Of a stretch of DNA of 64,000 nucleotides, positions 1-11,164 are shown in pieces (position 1 is the first letter of the stretch; each line of letters opens with the position of its first letter). The stretch is from Squalus acanthias. Lineage: Eukaryota. The translations under genes were made by a program, and so were the position numbers. The notes under the pieces are model-generated. The model did not search any database and had not been told where the DNA came from. It saw only the letters and a list, made by a program, of their open reading frames with translations. The DNA is taken from assembly GCA_030390025.1 (NCBI GenBank), contig JASTWF010000359.1, positions 186,001 to 250,000 of the forward strand, given 5' to 3'.

Positions 1-311
1 AAATGACAGCAGATCCGGACCCTCACCTCCCTCTCAACTGATACCCACCTCAGTGCCAGAAAGCCAGCTGGGCCATACAGCCCCGGCAAACACTGAGTTG
101 TTGCAGTCTGCAGCCGGACCCTCTCAGTCCCGAGCTCCCAGAGGTCATTGACCCTGAGCAGCTCATGAGGCCTTGACTGATACACAGTAGCCCTCAACCT
201 CCCATCCTGTAGCCACTGGGGGAGCACCTTGGAGGAGCACTAGAGTGGCTGAGAGAGCAAATAAGACAGACACACAGGGCTCACACCTGCATAATAATTT
301 GTATTTAAGCA

Positions 312-520
312 TTTCATAGAATGATACAGTACAGAAGGAGGCCATTCGGCCGGTCGTGCCTGTGTCGGCTGTTTGAAAGAGCTCTCCAATTAGTCCCACT
401 CACCCGCTCTTTCTCCCATTCAAGTATACCTCCAATTCCCTTTTGGAATTTACGATTGAATCTTCTTTCACCGCCCTTTCAAGCAGTGCATTCCAGATCA
501 CAACAATTCCCTGAGTAAAA
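312..520 (-). mobile_element. Old CR1 LINE 3' fragment (end of ORF2 plus 3' UTR)
   Basis: Minus strand translates FTQGIVVIWNALLERAVKEDSIVNSKRELEVYL, homologous to FTQRVVNLWNSLP...FKRELD in the intact CR1s here. It is followed by GGCCGAATGGCCTCCTTCTG and a TTCTATG tail. Confidence 0.8.
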
Positions 521-824
521 GGAGGACCACCACATTAAGACCCCAGAAGAACAGATATGTGTCCCAGCTGTCGATGAAGAGAAGCTTTTATCAGACTGTG
601 CCAGGAAGTGATGTCCAAGCTCTGCCTAGAAAAGCCCCTGCTCATCTCGTCCAAGAACGCTTCAATTCAATGAATCTGTCGAATTTAAAAGCTGCTATGA
701 ATGATGTCACATCATATGCTATCCCTTCAAGCTTTTTGTTAATCATCCACTTTTCTTGCTTCACTGGCCCCTTTCTGGGTTACAGTTCCACGGGTGCTGG
801 GTGCCCTTTGGTATTCTTCATGTA

Positions 825-1505
825 GTCCCTAGATAGTGACTGTCAGCAGGGTAATTGACTGAGAGGGCCATCGTGACTGACTCCGATCCTGTTCTCACTC
901 AATGTTCACACAGCAGCGGTGACTGGATGCTCAGCAATGGGAGCCTGGCCAATTTTCCCCTCCCTTACTGACTGATTAAAAGTAAGAAAGACTCGCATTT
1001 CTATAGCGCCTTTCACGACCTCGGGACAGCCCAAAGCTCTTCACAGCCAATGAAGTACTTTTTGAAGTGGAGTCACTGTTGTAATGTAGGAAACGCGGCC
1101 GCCAATTTGCACACAGCAAGATCCCACAAACAGCAATGTGATAATGACAAGATGAACTCCCCTGCTCTTCTTCAAAATAATGCCATGGGATCTGTTATGT
1201 CTACCTGAGGGAGCAGACGGAGCCTCGGTTTAACGTCTCATCCGAAAGGCGGCACCTCCGACAGTGCAGCACTCCCTCAGCCCAGATATTGTGTTCAAGT
1301 CTCTGGCGTGGGACTTGAACCCACAACCTTCTGACTCAAAGGAAAGAGTGCTGCCCACTGAGACATGGCTGACAATGATGCCAAGGTCAGGTGTAGATCC
1401 TGAACTGTTGCCCTGGCTGAGATCCCTGGCACAGACCATGGATGGGACCTGGGAGTTTGCTGGTCTGTAATGACCACCTCAATCAGCTGAACCATTGGGG
1501 AGAAC
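825..1505 (-). mobile_element. Possible older tRNA-derived SINE remnant (825-983 plus 1374-1505), split by the SINE at 984-1373
   Basis: 1410-1470 (ctggctgagatc...gcacagaccatggatgggacctgggagtttgctggtc) resembles 12835-12895 (ctagatgagatc...gcacagatagggaacagaactcaggagcttcttggtc). Only a degenerate B-box is visible; match judged by eye. Confidence 0.3.
984..1373 (-). mobile_element. tRNA-derived Deu-domain SINE (SacSINE1/AmnSINE-like) with L2-type 3' tail
   Basis: Minus strand has an A-box-like TGTCTCAGTGG, B-box GGTTCAAGTCC, core AGATCCCATGGCATTATTTTGAAGAAGAGCAGGGGAG, and tail GTGAAGAGCTTTGGG...AAAGGCGCTATAGAAATGC that matches the L2 3' end at 12177-12230. Confidence 0.8.
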
Positions 1506-1800
1506 CTCCTGTAATGTCACATCTGGTGTACTGAATGGTTCACTATGGTTATGTTACTGGCAAAAGACAATTATACAAGCTTTTAGTCACTGGTAGCAGG
1601 CCATGGAGGCATGAGTAACATCCTTATCTTGATGCACAGTTTGTGTTTTGGAAATGATGGGATCAGTAGTATTCCCTAATGGCTGTGTATCAGGGTAGGG
1701 AATGTTTAACCACCTCCCTGTAGGCTCAGTATCTTCTAGTGGTGTTTACAAGGATTGTGCCTCATTGTAGACCTCAGTACAGACAATCCATTGATCTTTT

Positions 1801-2843
1801 TGGGTCATTTTCAGGTTGGCAGGCTGTAACTAGTGGGGTACCGCAAGGATCAGTGTTTGGGCCTCAGCTATTCACAATCTACATCAATGATTCGGATGAG
1901 GGGACCAAATGTAATATATCCAAGTTTGCTGATGATACAAAGCTGGGTGGGATTGTAAGTTGTGAGGAGGATGCAAAGAGGCTTCAAGGGGATATAGACA
2001 GGCTAAGTGGAACATGGCAAATGGAATCTAATGTGGAGAAATGTGAAGTTATCCACTTTGGTTGGAAAAATAGAAAAGCAGAGTATTATTTAAATGGTGA
2101 GAGATTGGGAAATGTTGGTGTTCAGAGGGACTGGGTGTCCTTGTACACGAATCACTGAAAGTTAACATGCAGGTACAGCAAGCAATTAGGAAAGCAAATG
2201 GTATGTTGGCCTTTATTACAAGAAGATTTGAGTATAAGAGTAAAGACGTCTTACTGCAATTATATAGGGCCCTGGTGAGACCACACCTGGAGTATTGTGT
2301 ACAGTTTTGGTCTCCCTACCTAAGGAAGGATATACGTGCCATAGAGGGAGTGCAACGAAGGTTCACCAGACTGGTTCCTGGGATGGGGGGATTGTCCTAT
2401 GAGGAGAGATTGAGTAGACTAGGCTTATATTCTCTCGAGTTTAGAAGAATGAGAGGTGATCTCATTGAAACATACAAAATTCTTACAGGGCTTGACAGGG
2501 TAGATGCAGGGAGGATGTTTCCCCTGTCTGGGGAGTCTAGAACCAGGGGTCACAGTCTCAGGATAAGGGGTCGGCCATTTATGACTGAGATGTGGAGAAA
2601 TTTCTTCACTCAGAGGGTGGTGAATCTTTGGAATTCTCTACCCCAGAGGGTTGTGGAGGCTCAGTCGTTGAGTATATTCAAGACAGAGATCGTTAGATTT
2701 TTGAATATTAAGGGAATCAAGGGATATGGGGATAGTGCAGGAAAGTGGAGTTGAGGTCGATGATCAGCCATGATCTTATTGAATGGCGGAGCAGGCTCGA
2801 GGGGCCAAATGGCCGACTCCTGCTCCTATTTCTTATGTTCTTA
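1801..2843 (+). mobile_element. 5'-truncated CR1 LINE (C-terminal RT region plus 3' UTR), frameshifted
   Basis: ORFs 1739-2158 and 2167-2754 give SGVPQGSV, KFADDTK and RPHLEYCVQFWSP, with a frameshift near 2131. The 3' stem GGAGCAGG...CCTGCTCC precedes a TTCTTATGTTCTTA tail. Confidence 0.95.
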
Positions 2844-3365
2844 GACCCATCGTTCACTCTGGGATGTCTCAAGCATTTCTCCATTGTGTTTTGCAGATGC
2901 TGAAGGTTGAAGATAGGAACCAATTTGTCCTCTGATCAACCTTCATGAATTGCTGACTACAGCCATTGTCCAACCTTGTCCTCAGAGTTGGTTGGAATGT
3001 TGACCCCATGTCTGACACAGTCTGGGCCAGAGCGCTCTGTAACACTGCCTTCACTCTGGCTGACATTATCTCCATACTGGATTGAATTGTTGCCAGTATG
3101 TAGTCAAACATACCATGTAGCTCAGTGATGGAGCCCTGCTCTCCAGTTATGTTTGAGGTCAACAATGTGAAATTGAACATTGTACTTTTACACCAATTAT
3201 CTTAACTCGGAGCATTCTCTGGGTATATTAGGGGCCTGCACTGGGGCTGCCACTGGGCCATTTAAATGGGTGATTCCAGCGCTGGACAGGTGTCGCCCTG
3301 GAAACTTTGCTGGGGTCAGCAGTGGGCATGATCCTGGTGTGACTGCCTGGATCTTATGAGACAAT

Positions 3366-3879
3366 GGAGTAGAAATTGGACCTTGTTGTGCCCTTTTTAT
3401 GGGCGTAAAATAGGCACAATGACTAACGTCCTGCGCCCAAAAGACGCCTGATAGATGTCCAACTCGATATTGGTCGGGCAATTTTTCAGGCATCCCTGAT
3501 GGCCACCTAAAGCAGGCGTTAGGCCCCTTGCATATGTAAGCGAGGGGCTAATGCTTGCTTTCGTCCCCTTCGCTGAAATTCAATATCACCGAGTGGAGCG
3601 GAAGCTTGGGATTCTTAAGCGGTTGCTGAGCAACCGCCACCAAAAGGTAAGTGTTTGGAAAACAATGGTTGCTGTGGAGCCAGGAGGAGCAGGAGAGCTC
3701 CCCCGACCATGCACCCCCTCTCGGCCCCATATTCATTTCTTGGAATGGGCGAGCTGCCTGTGGAAGTGTGGCAGGCGCCGGCAGCTCTCATACTGAATGT
3801 TAATGAGGCCTGAGGCCTATGTTCAGGCTAGCCTCAGGCCTAAGGCCTCCCAGTTCGGGCGCGGGTGGATTTCTGTCTC
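3366..3879. mobile_element. Putative non-autonomous TIR (MITE-like) element
   Basis: Ends GGAGTAGAAAT and ATTTCTGTCTC differ only by transitions from a GGGGYAGAAAT inverted repeat. The interior is CpG-rich, with an internal IR AGGCCTGAGGC...GCCTCAGGCCT near 3807-3841. No clean TSD. Confidence 0.5.
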
Positions 3880-4833
3880 AGGGAGGGGCAGCTTCCCACT
3901 TTCACAGTGATATCACACACTTTATACGATTGCATTTTTTCAAAGCAATGGATACACTTTGACAAAAATGAGATCCTCACATTACCAGCCTTGATAAACA
4001 AAGGAACAAAGGGATGCTCAGCACGTCTTCATGAGATAGCGCCTGTTTAAGAAGCAAGTAAACAGGGATAATGAACTCAAGAATTCCAAACTAACCTCGC
4101 CATCCTCTCTGTTCTTGGTCAGTAACGTTATCTCTAGCTTGATGCAACACTGCCAAGCATAATACAGTCAGAGGGAATGAATCACTCAGCCTTCTGAGAG
4201 AAGGCTGGCGTTTCTTGGAATATTTCATGTCTAAGTTGAAGATATTCATTTCTCATACTTCTGCCGTTAGTTATTGTAGCTTTCTAACCCACGCACGACC
4301 CACATGTCAGCCCACCGAGGGCAGAGGTCAGTTAGTTTCCAAGTCCGGCCAGCTGCAACACTCCTCAAGCAGCCTCTAACCCCTCACACGCTGAACTGTG
4401 TGGCCCTGTCTAATATTAGCAGCAATGCACTGGGCCAGAGAAACTGAGCCTCTAACTGGGGAATGAGAAAGTCCTTGAGGAACAGCCTTCCCTTCACTCT
4501 GGTCTCCAGCACTTTGAGTCACAATCAGTAATCACAAGATGGAAACGTTACTGCCGACAATATCCCACAGCAAATTCATGTCGTCACAGTCAAAGCAGAA
4601 ATCGAAGTACATGACACGGCGTACATGTGTCAATGTGTCACTCACTGTGCGTTACTCTGTGCATGTGACTCTGCATCTTTTACATGTCAGCCAATCTTGC
4701 ACGCAGCAAGATCCCACAAACAACAAATAACTGACTGAGCAGATAATCTGTTTTTTGTGGTGTTCGTTGAGGGAGGAATTGACTGGGAGACCAGGAGAGC
4801 TCCCTGCTCTTCTTTGACTTTGTGCACTGGGAT

Positions 4834-5140
4834 AGAAGCATAGAAACATTCGGCCCCTCGAGCCTGTTCCGCCATTTAATGAGATCATGGCTGATCATCC
4901 AAATTCAGTACCCTGTCCCTGCTTTCTCCCCATATCCCTTGATCCCTTTAGCCTTAAGAAATATATCTAACTCATTCTCGAATATATTTAATGACTTGGC
5001 CTCAACTACCTTCTGTGGTAGAGAATTCCACAGGTTTACCACTCTCTGGGTGAAGAAATTCCTCCTCATCTCAGTCCTAAATGGCTTACCCCTTATCCTT
5101 AGACTGTGACCCCTGGTTCTGGACTCCCCCACCATCGGGA
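4834..5140 (-). mobile_element. Short CR1 3' fragment inserted in a SINE
   Basis: ORF 4905-5135 (ESRTRGHSLRIRG...GIKGYGEKAGTGY). Flanked by GGGAT at 4829-4833 and 5137-5141, a likely TSD. Confidence 0.92.
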
Positions 5141-5183
5141 TCTCTTACATCCACCTGAATAGGTGAAAAGGCCTGTGTTTAAA

Positions 5184-5885
5184 GGCCCAACATGTGCGAT
5201 CAGAGGCTTCCTGTAAAATATCTCCGCATTTACTTGGTGGCCTGGGAGATACGGAGGCTTGCGATCCTGGGCGTCTCTGGGTCCGCGCGGGCATAGCCCC
5301 ACGTATCTCAGGGGCGCAGGCGGTTCGCAAGCACCCCTGGGATCACGTGGGCCGGCCCAACCAATAAAAGAAGGGAATCCCCAATCATACTTCTGGGAGT
5401 TCTGTGCGTACTCTCATAAGTATGAATGGGGATCATTTAAAAAATACACGAACTCATGAAATAAATTTTTTTAAATTACATATTTAAAATTAATTAAAAT
5501 CCCATATTTTAAACAAAAATGTATATGTTTTAACGAGGCTAAAAATAAACTTATTTATTGGACTGGGTTTTTAATGTATAAATGAGTGATAAAATTTTAT
5601 TTTTCAAAACCCTTATGCTGGTAAAAGCAAGCCTTACGCCTGCTTTTACCAGGCGTAAGAATTTCACGGGCATTTGCTGGGCAGAAGTTGGGCAAATAAC
5701 GCAACTCTCCGCCAGCAGAGGCCCGTCTCCCAGGGATGCGGAGGATCTGTCAAGAAGATTCTTGACAGATCGCAAGTGGTGGGTTTTGGCGCATGCACTT
5801 CGCACGCCTAAACCCGGAACTTGCACGGCCCCTACGGGCGCGTGCGCACCTCGTACGCACACGTGGGGGTCGCAAAATACGGCCC
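5184..5885. mobile_element. MITE-like DNA element inserted in a SINE (possibly PIF/Harbinger-type)
   Basis: Cleanly interrupts the SINE at tttaa|tatctc. Imperfect TIRs GGCCCAACATGTGCGA and TCGCAAAATACGGCCC (10/16), 3-bp flanks AAA/AAT, CpG-rich arms, AT-rich centre and internal hairpins. Confidence 0.7.
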
Positions 5886-7217
5886 AATATCTCAGCCAAA
5901 TGATGACACCTCTGACAGTGCAAGACTCCCCCAATACCTCACTGGAGTGTCAGCATGGAATCTGCACTCACATCCTGGAGTGGAGCTCAAACCCACAACC
6001 CTCCGACTCAGAGACAAGAGGGCTGTTAACCGAGAGAGCTGACACGTGACTCAGATGGTGGGGGTCTTAAAACAAAAATGAAGCCAGGTAGTTTTAGAGG
6101 GCCTGTGTCTGCAGAGATAGAGGGATGGTCATGGTAAGAGAAAGCAGAGAGTATAGATAAATCGACATGTTTGAGATTGGTGAGATGTGGGTCGTGGTGA
6201 GATAGGACCTCTTCTATTGTTCATTTATCAAAATGATTCGCACATAGGTCTTGAGAGGGTTGGTGAATTGGTAACAAGGAAACATATACATGGAGTTATC
6301 ACGAGAAAAAAAGGAGAACTTAGAAATGATTTCTGGTCTGTGGTTACGCTGCTCAAGACCCTGAAATGTGAGTCTGAGCTGGCACAGCCCAAAGTCTAAC
6401 TAGGGCAAACAAATTTACCAATCCGGGTCTGAGATGAGCGCAGATCCTCATTTCAATATTGAAATGAAGCCAGTGCACAATTCAGGCAACCGCCAGGGCC
6501 ACCTAAAAAAGGCCTAAAACAGGCACAAAGCTAAATTTAGACCCCACTGTGTCCAGCTTGGCCTGAAGCTATTGAATCGTAGCCAAAGAATCACCCACAA
6601 TGGCTTCTCTTCCTGCTCCCGCACCGTTACCTCTGGTGTCCCCCAAGGATCTATCCTTGGCTCCCTCCTATTTCTCATCTACATGCTGCCCCTCAGTGAC
6701 ATCATCTGAAAACACAGCGCCAGTTTCCACATGTACGCTGACGACACCCAGCTCTACCTCACTACCTCTTCTCTCGACCCTTCCACTGTCTCTAAATTGT
6801 CACTCTGCTTGTCCGACATCCAATGCTGGATGAGCAGAAATTTTCTCCAATTAAATATTGGGAAGACCGAAGCCATTGTCTTTGGTCCCCGCCACAAACT
6901 CCGTTCCCTAGCCACTGACTCCATCCCTCTCCCTAACATCTGTCTGAGGCTGAACCAGACTGTTCACAACCTTGGTGTCATAAGAACATAAGAACATAAG
7001 AAATAGGAGCAGGAGTAGGCCAATCGGCCCCTCGAGCCTGCTCCGCCATTCAATAAGATCATGGCTGATCTGATCCTAACCGCCAATCTACTATCTATCA
7101 CAGAACCATCTCCTGCATCTAACAGAATTGCACACACGAAATAGGAGCAGAATCAGGCTACACAGTCCCTGGGCCCGCTCCACTACCCACAGGGCCATGA
7201 CCGATCCGAACCTAGAC

Positions 7218-10169
7218 TCATGTCCAAATTCCTGCCCGCTCCCCGTAACCCTTAATGCCCTTTACTTCTAGGAAACTGTCTATTTCTGTTTTAAATTTAA
7301 TTAATGTTGTAGCTTCTACAGCTTTTTGTGGCAGCATATTCCATGGACCTACCACCCTCTGAGTGAAGTAGTTCCTCCTCATCTCAGTTTTGAAAGAGCA
7401 GCCCCTTATTCTAAGACTATGTCCCCTAGTTCTCGTCTCACCCGTCATCGGGAACATCCTCCCCGCATCCACCCGATCCAACCCCTTCACAATCTTATAT
7501 GTTTCAATAAGATCGCCTCTCATTCTTCTGAACTCCAATGAGTAGAGTCCCAATCTACCCAACCTCTCCTCATATGACCACCCCCTCATCCCCGGGATTA
7601 ACCGAGTGAACCTTTTTTGCACTGCCTCGAGAGCAAGGATGTCTTTCCTTAAGTAAGGACACCAAAACTGTATGCAGTATTCCAGGTGCGGTCTCACCAA
7701 TACCTTGTACAACTGAAGCAATACCTCCCTATTTTTATATTCTATCCCCCTAGCAATGAAAGCCAACATTCCATTTGCCTTCTTAATCACTTGCTGCACC
7801 TGCATACTAACCTTTTGAGTTTCGTGCACCAGGACCCCCAGATCCCTTTGCACTTCAGTACTCTCCAGTTTCTTGCCATTAAGATAATAAATTGCTCTAG
7901 GATTTTTCCTGCCAAAGTGCATCACCTCACACTTTCCAGTGTTGTATTCCATCTGCCAAATCTCTGCCCACTTACTTAGCCTGTCTATGTCCCCTTGCAG
8001 GTTTTTTATGTCCTCCTCACTCACTACTTTCCCTCCCATCTTTGTATCATCTGCAAATTTTGATATGTTACACTTGGTCCCTTCCTCCAAATCGTTAATA
8101 TAGATTGTGAAGAGTTGGGGACCCAGCACTGACCCCTGTGGAACACCACTAGTTACTGATTGCCAGTCTGAGAATGAACCATTTATCCCAACTCTTTGCT
8201 TTCTGTTAGATAGCCAATCCTCTATCCATGCCAGAATATTACCCCCAATCCCGTGATTTTTTACCTTAAGCAATAATCTTTTGTGTGGCACCTTGTCAAA
8301 TGCCTTTTGGAAGTCTAAATACACTACGTCCACTGGTTCCCCTTTATCCACTCTATATGTTACTTCCTCAAAGAACTCCAGCAAATTTGTCAAACATGAC
8401 TTCCCCTTCGTAAAACCATGCTGACTTTGTCCTATTAAATTATGATTATCCAAATGTCCTGTTACTGTTTCCTTAATAATGGACTCCAAAATTTTACCTA
8501 CCACAGATGTTAGGCTAACCGGTCTATAGTTACCAGCCTTCTGTCTACTGCCCTTTTTAAATAAGGGTGTTACATTAGCAGTTTTCCAGTCTGCCGGGAC
8601 CTTAGCGGAATCCAGGGAGTTTTGAAAAATTATTACCAATGCATCTACAATCCCTACCGCCACTTCCTTCAAGACTCTAGGATGTAAGCCATCAGGTCCA
8701 GGTGATTTATCCGCCTTGAGTCCCATTATTTTACCGAGTACCACTTCCTTAGTGATTTTGATCGTGTTTAGCTCCTCTCCCCCTATAGCCCCCTGTTTGT
8801 CCAGTGTTGGGATATTCTTAGTGTCCTCTACTGTAAAGACTGATACAAAATATTCATTCAGTGTTTTTGCCATCTCCATATTTCCCACCATTAATTTCCC
8901 GGTCTCATCCTCTAAGGGACCAACATTTACTTTAGCCACCCTTTTTCTTTTTATATAACTATAAAAACTCTTACTATCTGTTTTTATATTTTTTGCTAAT
9001 TTACTTTCATAATCTATCTTCCCTTTCTTCATCAATCTTTTTGTTATTTTTTGCTGCCTTTTAAAGTTTTCCCAATCCTCTGTCCTCCCACTAGATTTCG
9101 CTACCTTATATGCCCTTGTTTTTAGTCGAATACTATCCTTAATTTCTTTACTTAGCCACGGATGACTGTCCTTTCTTTTACACCCTTTTCTTTTCAGTGG
9201 AATATATATTTTTTGGAAGTTGTAAAATAACTCCTTGAATGTACACCACTGATCATGTGTCGTCTTACCCTTTAATCTATTTTCCCAATCCACTCTACTC
9301 AATTCCGCTCGCATACCTTCATAGTCTCCTTTATTCAAGCTTAGCACGCTTGTTTGAGATCCAACCTTCTCACCCTCTAATTGAATATGGAATTCAACCA
9401 TGTTATGGTCACTCATTCCAAGGGGATCCTTTACTAGGACATTTTTAATTAATCCTGTCTCGTTACACAGGACCAGATCTAAGGTTGCTTGCCCCCTGGT
9501 CGGTTCAGTTACATACTGCTCAAGAAACCCATCCCTAATACACTCAATGAACTCATCCTCAAGGCAGCCCTGCCCCATTTGATTTGTCCAATTAATATGA
9601 TAGTTAAAATCCCCCATAATTATAGATGTTCCCTTATTACATGCCTCAACTATTTCCTGATTGATACTCCGTCCAATAGAGTTGCAACTGTTCGGAGGCC
9701 TATAGACTACGCCCACTAATGTTTTTTTCCCCTTATTATTCCTTATCTCCACCCAAACTGTTTCATTATCATGATTTTTTGACCCAATATCATTACTCTG
9801 TATTACAGTGATTCCTTCCTTTATTAACATAGCCACCCCACCTCCCCTTCCTTCCTGCCTGTCCTTCCTGATCGTTAAATAACCTGGTATGTTTAATTCC
9901 CAGGCATTGTCACCCTGCAGCCATGTTTCTGTAATGGCCACAATATCATAACCATATGTAGTTATTTGTGCCATTAACTCGTCTATTTTGTTACGAATGC
10001 TACGTGCATTCAGATAGAGAACTTTCAAATATGCTTTGTGGCACTTAGTTCCTGCTTTTTCACTTTTTACCAGTTTACCTTTTACTCCACACACTCTGTC
10101 CCTTCCTGCCACGCTCTGATTTGTGATTCCCCTACTGCTACCTATGTCTATGACCCTCTCTGTTGTCAT
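7218..10169 (-). CDS. CR1 ORF2: AP-endonuclease plus reverse transcriptase (983 aa from the first ATG; frame open further upstream into the ORF1 end)
   Basis: APE motifs LNARS, ITETWL, VYRPP, GDFN, SDH; RT motifs YRPVSL, QHGF, YLDFQKAFD, GVPQGS, FADD. Confidence 0.97.
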   Translation of the reverse strand: MTTERVIDIGSSRGITNQSVAGRDRVCGVKGKLVKSEKAGTKCHKAYLKVLYLNARSIRNKIDELMAQITTYGYDIVAITETWLQGDNAWELNIPGYLTIRKDRQEGRGGGVAMLIKEGITVIQSNDIGSKNHDNETVWVEIRNNKGKKTLVGVVYRPPNSCNSIGRSINQEIVEACNKGTSIIMGDFNYHINWTNQMGQGCLEDEFIECIRDGFLEQYVTEPTRGQATLDLVLCNETGLIKNVLVKDPLGMSDHNMVEFHIQLEGEKVGSQTSVLSLNKGDYEGMRAELSRVDWENRLKGKTTHDQWCTFKELFYNFQKIYIPLKRKGCKRKDSHPWLSKEIKDSIRLKTRAYKVAKSSGRTEDWENFKRQQKITKRLMKKGKIDYESKLAKNIKTDSKSFYSYIKRKRVAKVNVGPLEDETGKLMVGNMEMAKTLNEYFVSVFTVEDTKNIPTLDKQGAIGGEELNTIKITKEVVLGKIMGLKADKSPGPDGLHPRVLKEVAVGIVDALVIIFQNSLDSAKVPADWKTANVTPLFKKGSRQKAGNYRPVSLTSVVGKILESIIKETVTGHLDNHNLIGQSQHGFTKGKSCLTNLLEFFEEVTYRVDKGEPVDVVYLDFQKAFDKVPHKRLLLKVKNHGIGGNILAWIEDWLSNRKQRVGINGSFSDWQSVTSGVPQGSVLGPQLFTIYINDLEEGTKCNISKFADDTKMGGKVVSEEDIKNLQGDIDRLSKWAEIWQMEYNTGKCEVMHFGRKNPRAIYYLNGKKLESTEVQRDLGVLVHETQKVSMQVQQVIKKANGMLAFIARGIEYKNREVLLQLYKVLVRPHLEYCIQFWCPYLRKDILALEAVQKRFTRLIPGMRGWSYEERLGRLGLYSLEFRRMRGDLIETYKIVKGLDRVDAGRMFPMTGETRTRGHSLRIRGCSFKTEMRRNYFTQRVVGPWNMLPQKAVEATTLIKFKTEIDSFLEVKGIKGYGERAGIWT

Positions 10170-10207
10170 TTTTATTTTTTGCTCTCTTGAAACCTCCCCC
10201 CCACTAA

Positions 10208-11164
10208 TTAGTTTAAAGCCCTCTCCACAGCCCTAGTTATTCGATTCGCCAGGACACTAGTCCCAGCACTGGCCAAGTGAAGTCCGTCCCAACGGAACAG
10301 GTCTCTCCTGCCCCAGTACTGGTGCCAGTGTCCCAAGAAGCAAAACCCATTTTTCCCACACCAGTCTTTGAGCCACGCATTCAACTCCCTGATTTTATTT
10401 ACCCTAGCCAAATTTGCTCGTGGCTCAGGTAGTAATCCAGAGATTATTACCCTCGAGGTTCTGCTTTTTAATTTGGCCCCTAGCTGCTCAAACTCCCTCA
10501 GCAGAACCTCTTTCCTTGTCCTATCTATGTCATTGGTACCAACATGGACCACGACAACTGGATCCTCCCCCTCCCACTCCAAGTTTCTCTCCAGCCCAGA
10601 GGAGATGTCCTTAACCCTGGCACCGGGCAGGCAACACAGCCTTCGGGACTCTCGCTCTTGGCTGCAAAGAACCCTATCTATCCCCCTAATGATACTATCC
10701 CCTACCACTACAACATTTCTTTTTACTCCCCCCACTTGAATGGCCCCCCTTACCACGGTGCTGTGGCCAGGTTGCTCATCCTCCCTGCAGTCCCCGCTCC
10801 TATCCACACAGGGAGTAAGAGCCTCGAACCTGTTGGACAAGAGCAAGGGCTGCGGCTCCTCCAACACTACCTCCTGGATCCCTGTACCTGCCTCACTCGT
10901 AGTCACACCTTCCTGTCCCTGACCACGGGCTACTTCTGAATTAGTTACTCTAATTGGTGTGACTACCTCCTGAAACACGGAGTCCAGGTAACTCTCCCCC
11001 TCCCTGATGTGTCGCAGTGTTTGAAGCTCGGACTCCAGCTCATCAACACGGAGCCGGAGTTCCTCGAGCAGCCAACACTTACTGCAAATGTGTTCACCGT
11101 GAACATCAATGGTGTCCACCAGCTCCCACATATTGCAGCAGTAACACATCACCTGCTCTCCCAT
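10208..11164 (-). CDS. CR1 ORF1: Cys4 zinc finger, coiled coil and SGNH esterase-like domain (318 aa)
   Basis: CxxC...CxxC (CYCC, CSKC), heptad LEELRLRVDELESELQTL, and SGNH blocks GDS, PGA, HVGTND, DGLH. Confidence 0.93.
   Translation of the reverse strand: MGEQVMCYCCNMWELVDTIDVHGEHICSKCWLLEELRLRVDELESELQTLRHIREGESYLDSVFQEVVTPIRVTNSEVARGQGQEGVTTSEAGTGIQEVVLEEPQPLLLSNRFEALTPCVDRSGDCREDEQPGHSTVVRGAIQVGGVKRNVVVVGDSIIRGIDRVLCSQERESRRLCCLPGARVKDISSGLERNLEWEGEDPVVVVHVGTNDIDRTRKEVLLREFEQLGAKLKSRTSRVIISGLLPEPRANLARVNKIRELNAWLKDWCGKNGFCFLGHWHQYWGRRDLFRWDGLHLASAGTSVLANRITRAVERALN

Larger units (their letters stand above)
4680..6045 (-). mobile_element. Deu-domain tRNA SINE in three pieces (4680-4833, 5142-5183, 5886-6045)
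   Basis: Joined pieces are colinear with the SINE at 984-1373 (cagcaagatcccacaaac; ctgctcttct...gggatc...acctga; tttaa|tatctca...gacagtgca...aacccacaacc...gctgac). Confidence 0.8.

Noticed and set aside
1..290. Decayed Harbinger accessory-gene C-terminus (QSAAGPS...PSTSH...RSTR)
   Set aside because: Multiple stops and only recalled similarity; cannot be supported without a search.
1300..1373. tRNA gene
   Set aside because: The A/B boxes belong to a SINE head continuous with the Deu core and LINE tail; no full cloverleaf was found.
2869..3180. 103-aa ORF as a host exon (likewise 559-825, 5582-6049, 16447-16844)
   Set aside because: No recognisable domain or consistent splice structure; several lie in repeats or use non-ATG starts.
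7326..10939. Antisense ORFs over CR1 family A (and equivalents over family B)
   Set aside because: Shadow frames of the real ORFs with no recognisable motifs.
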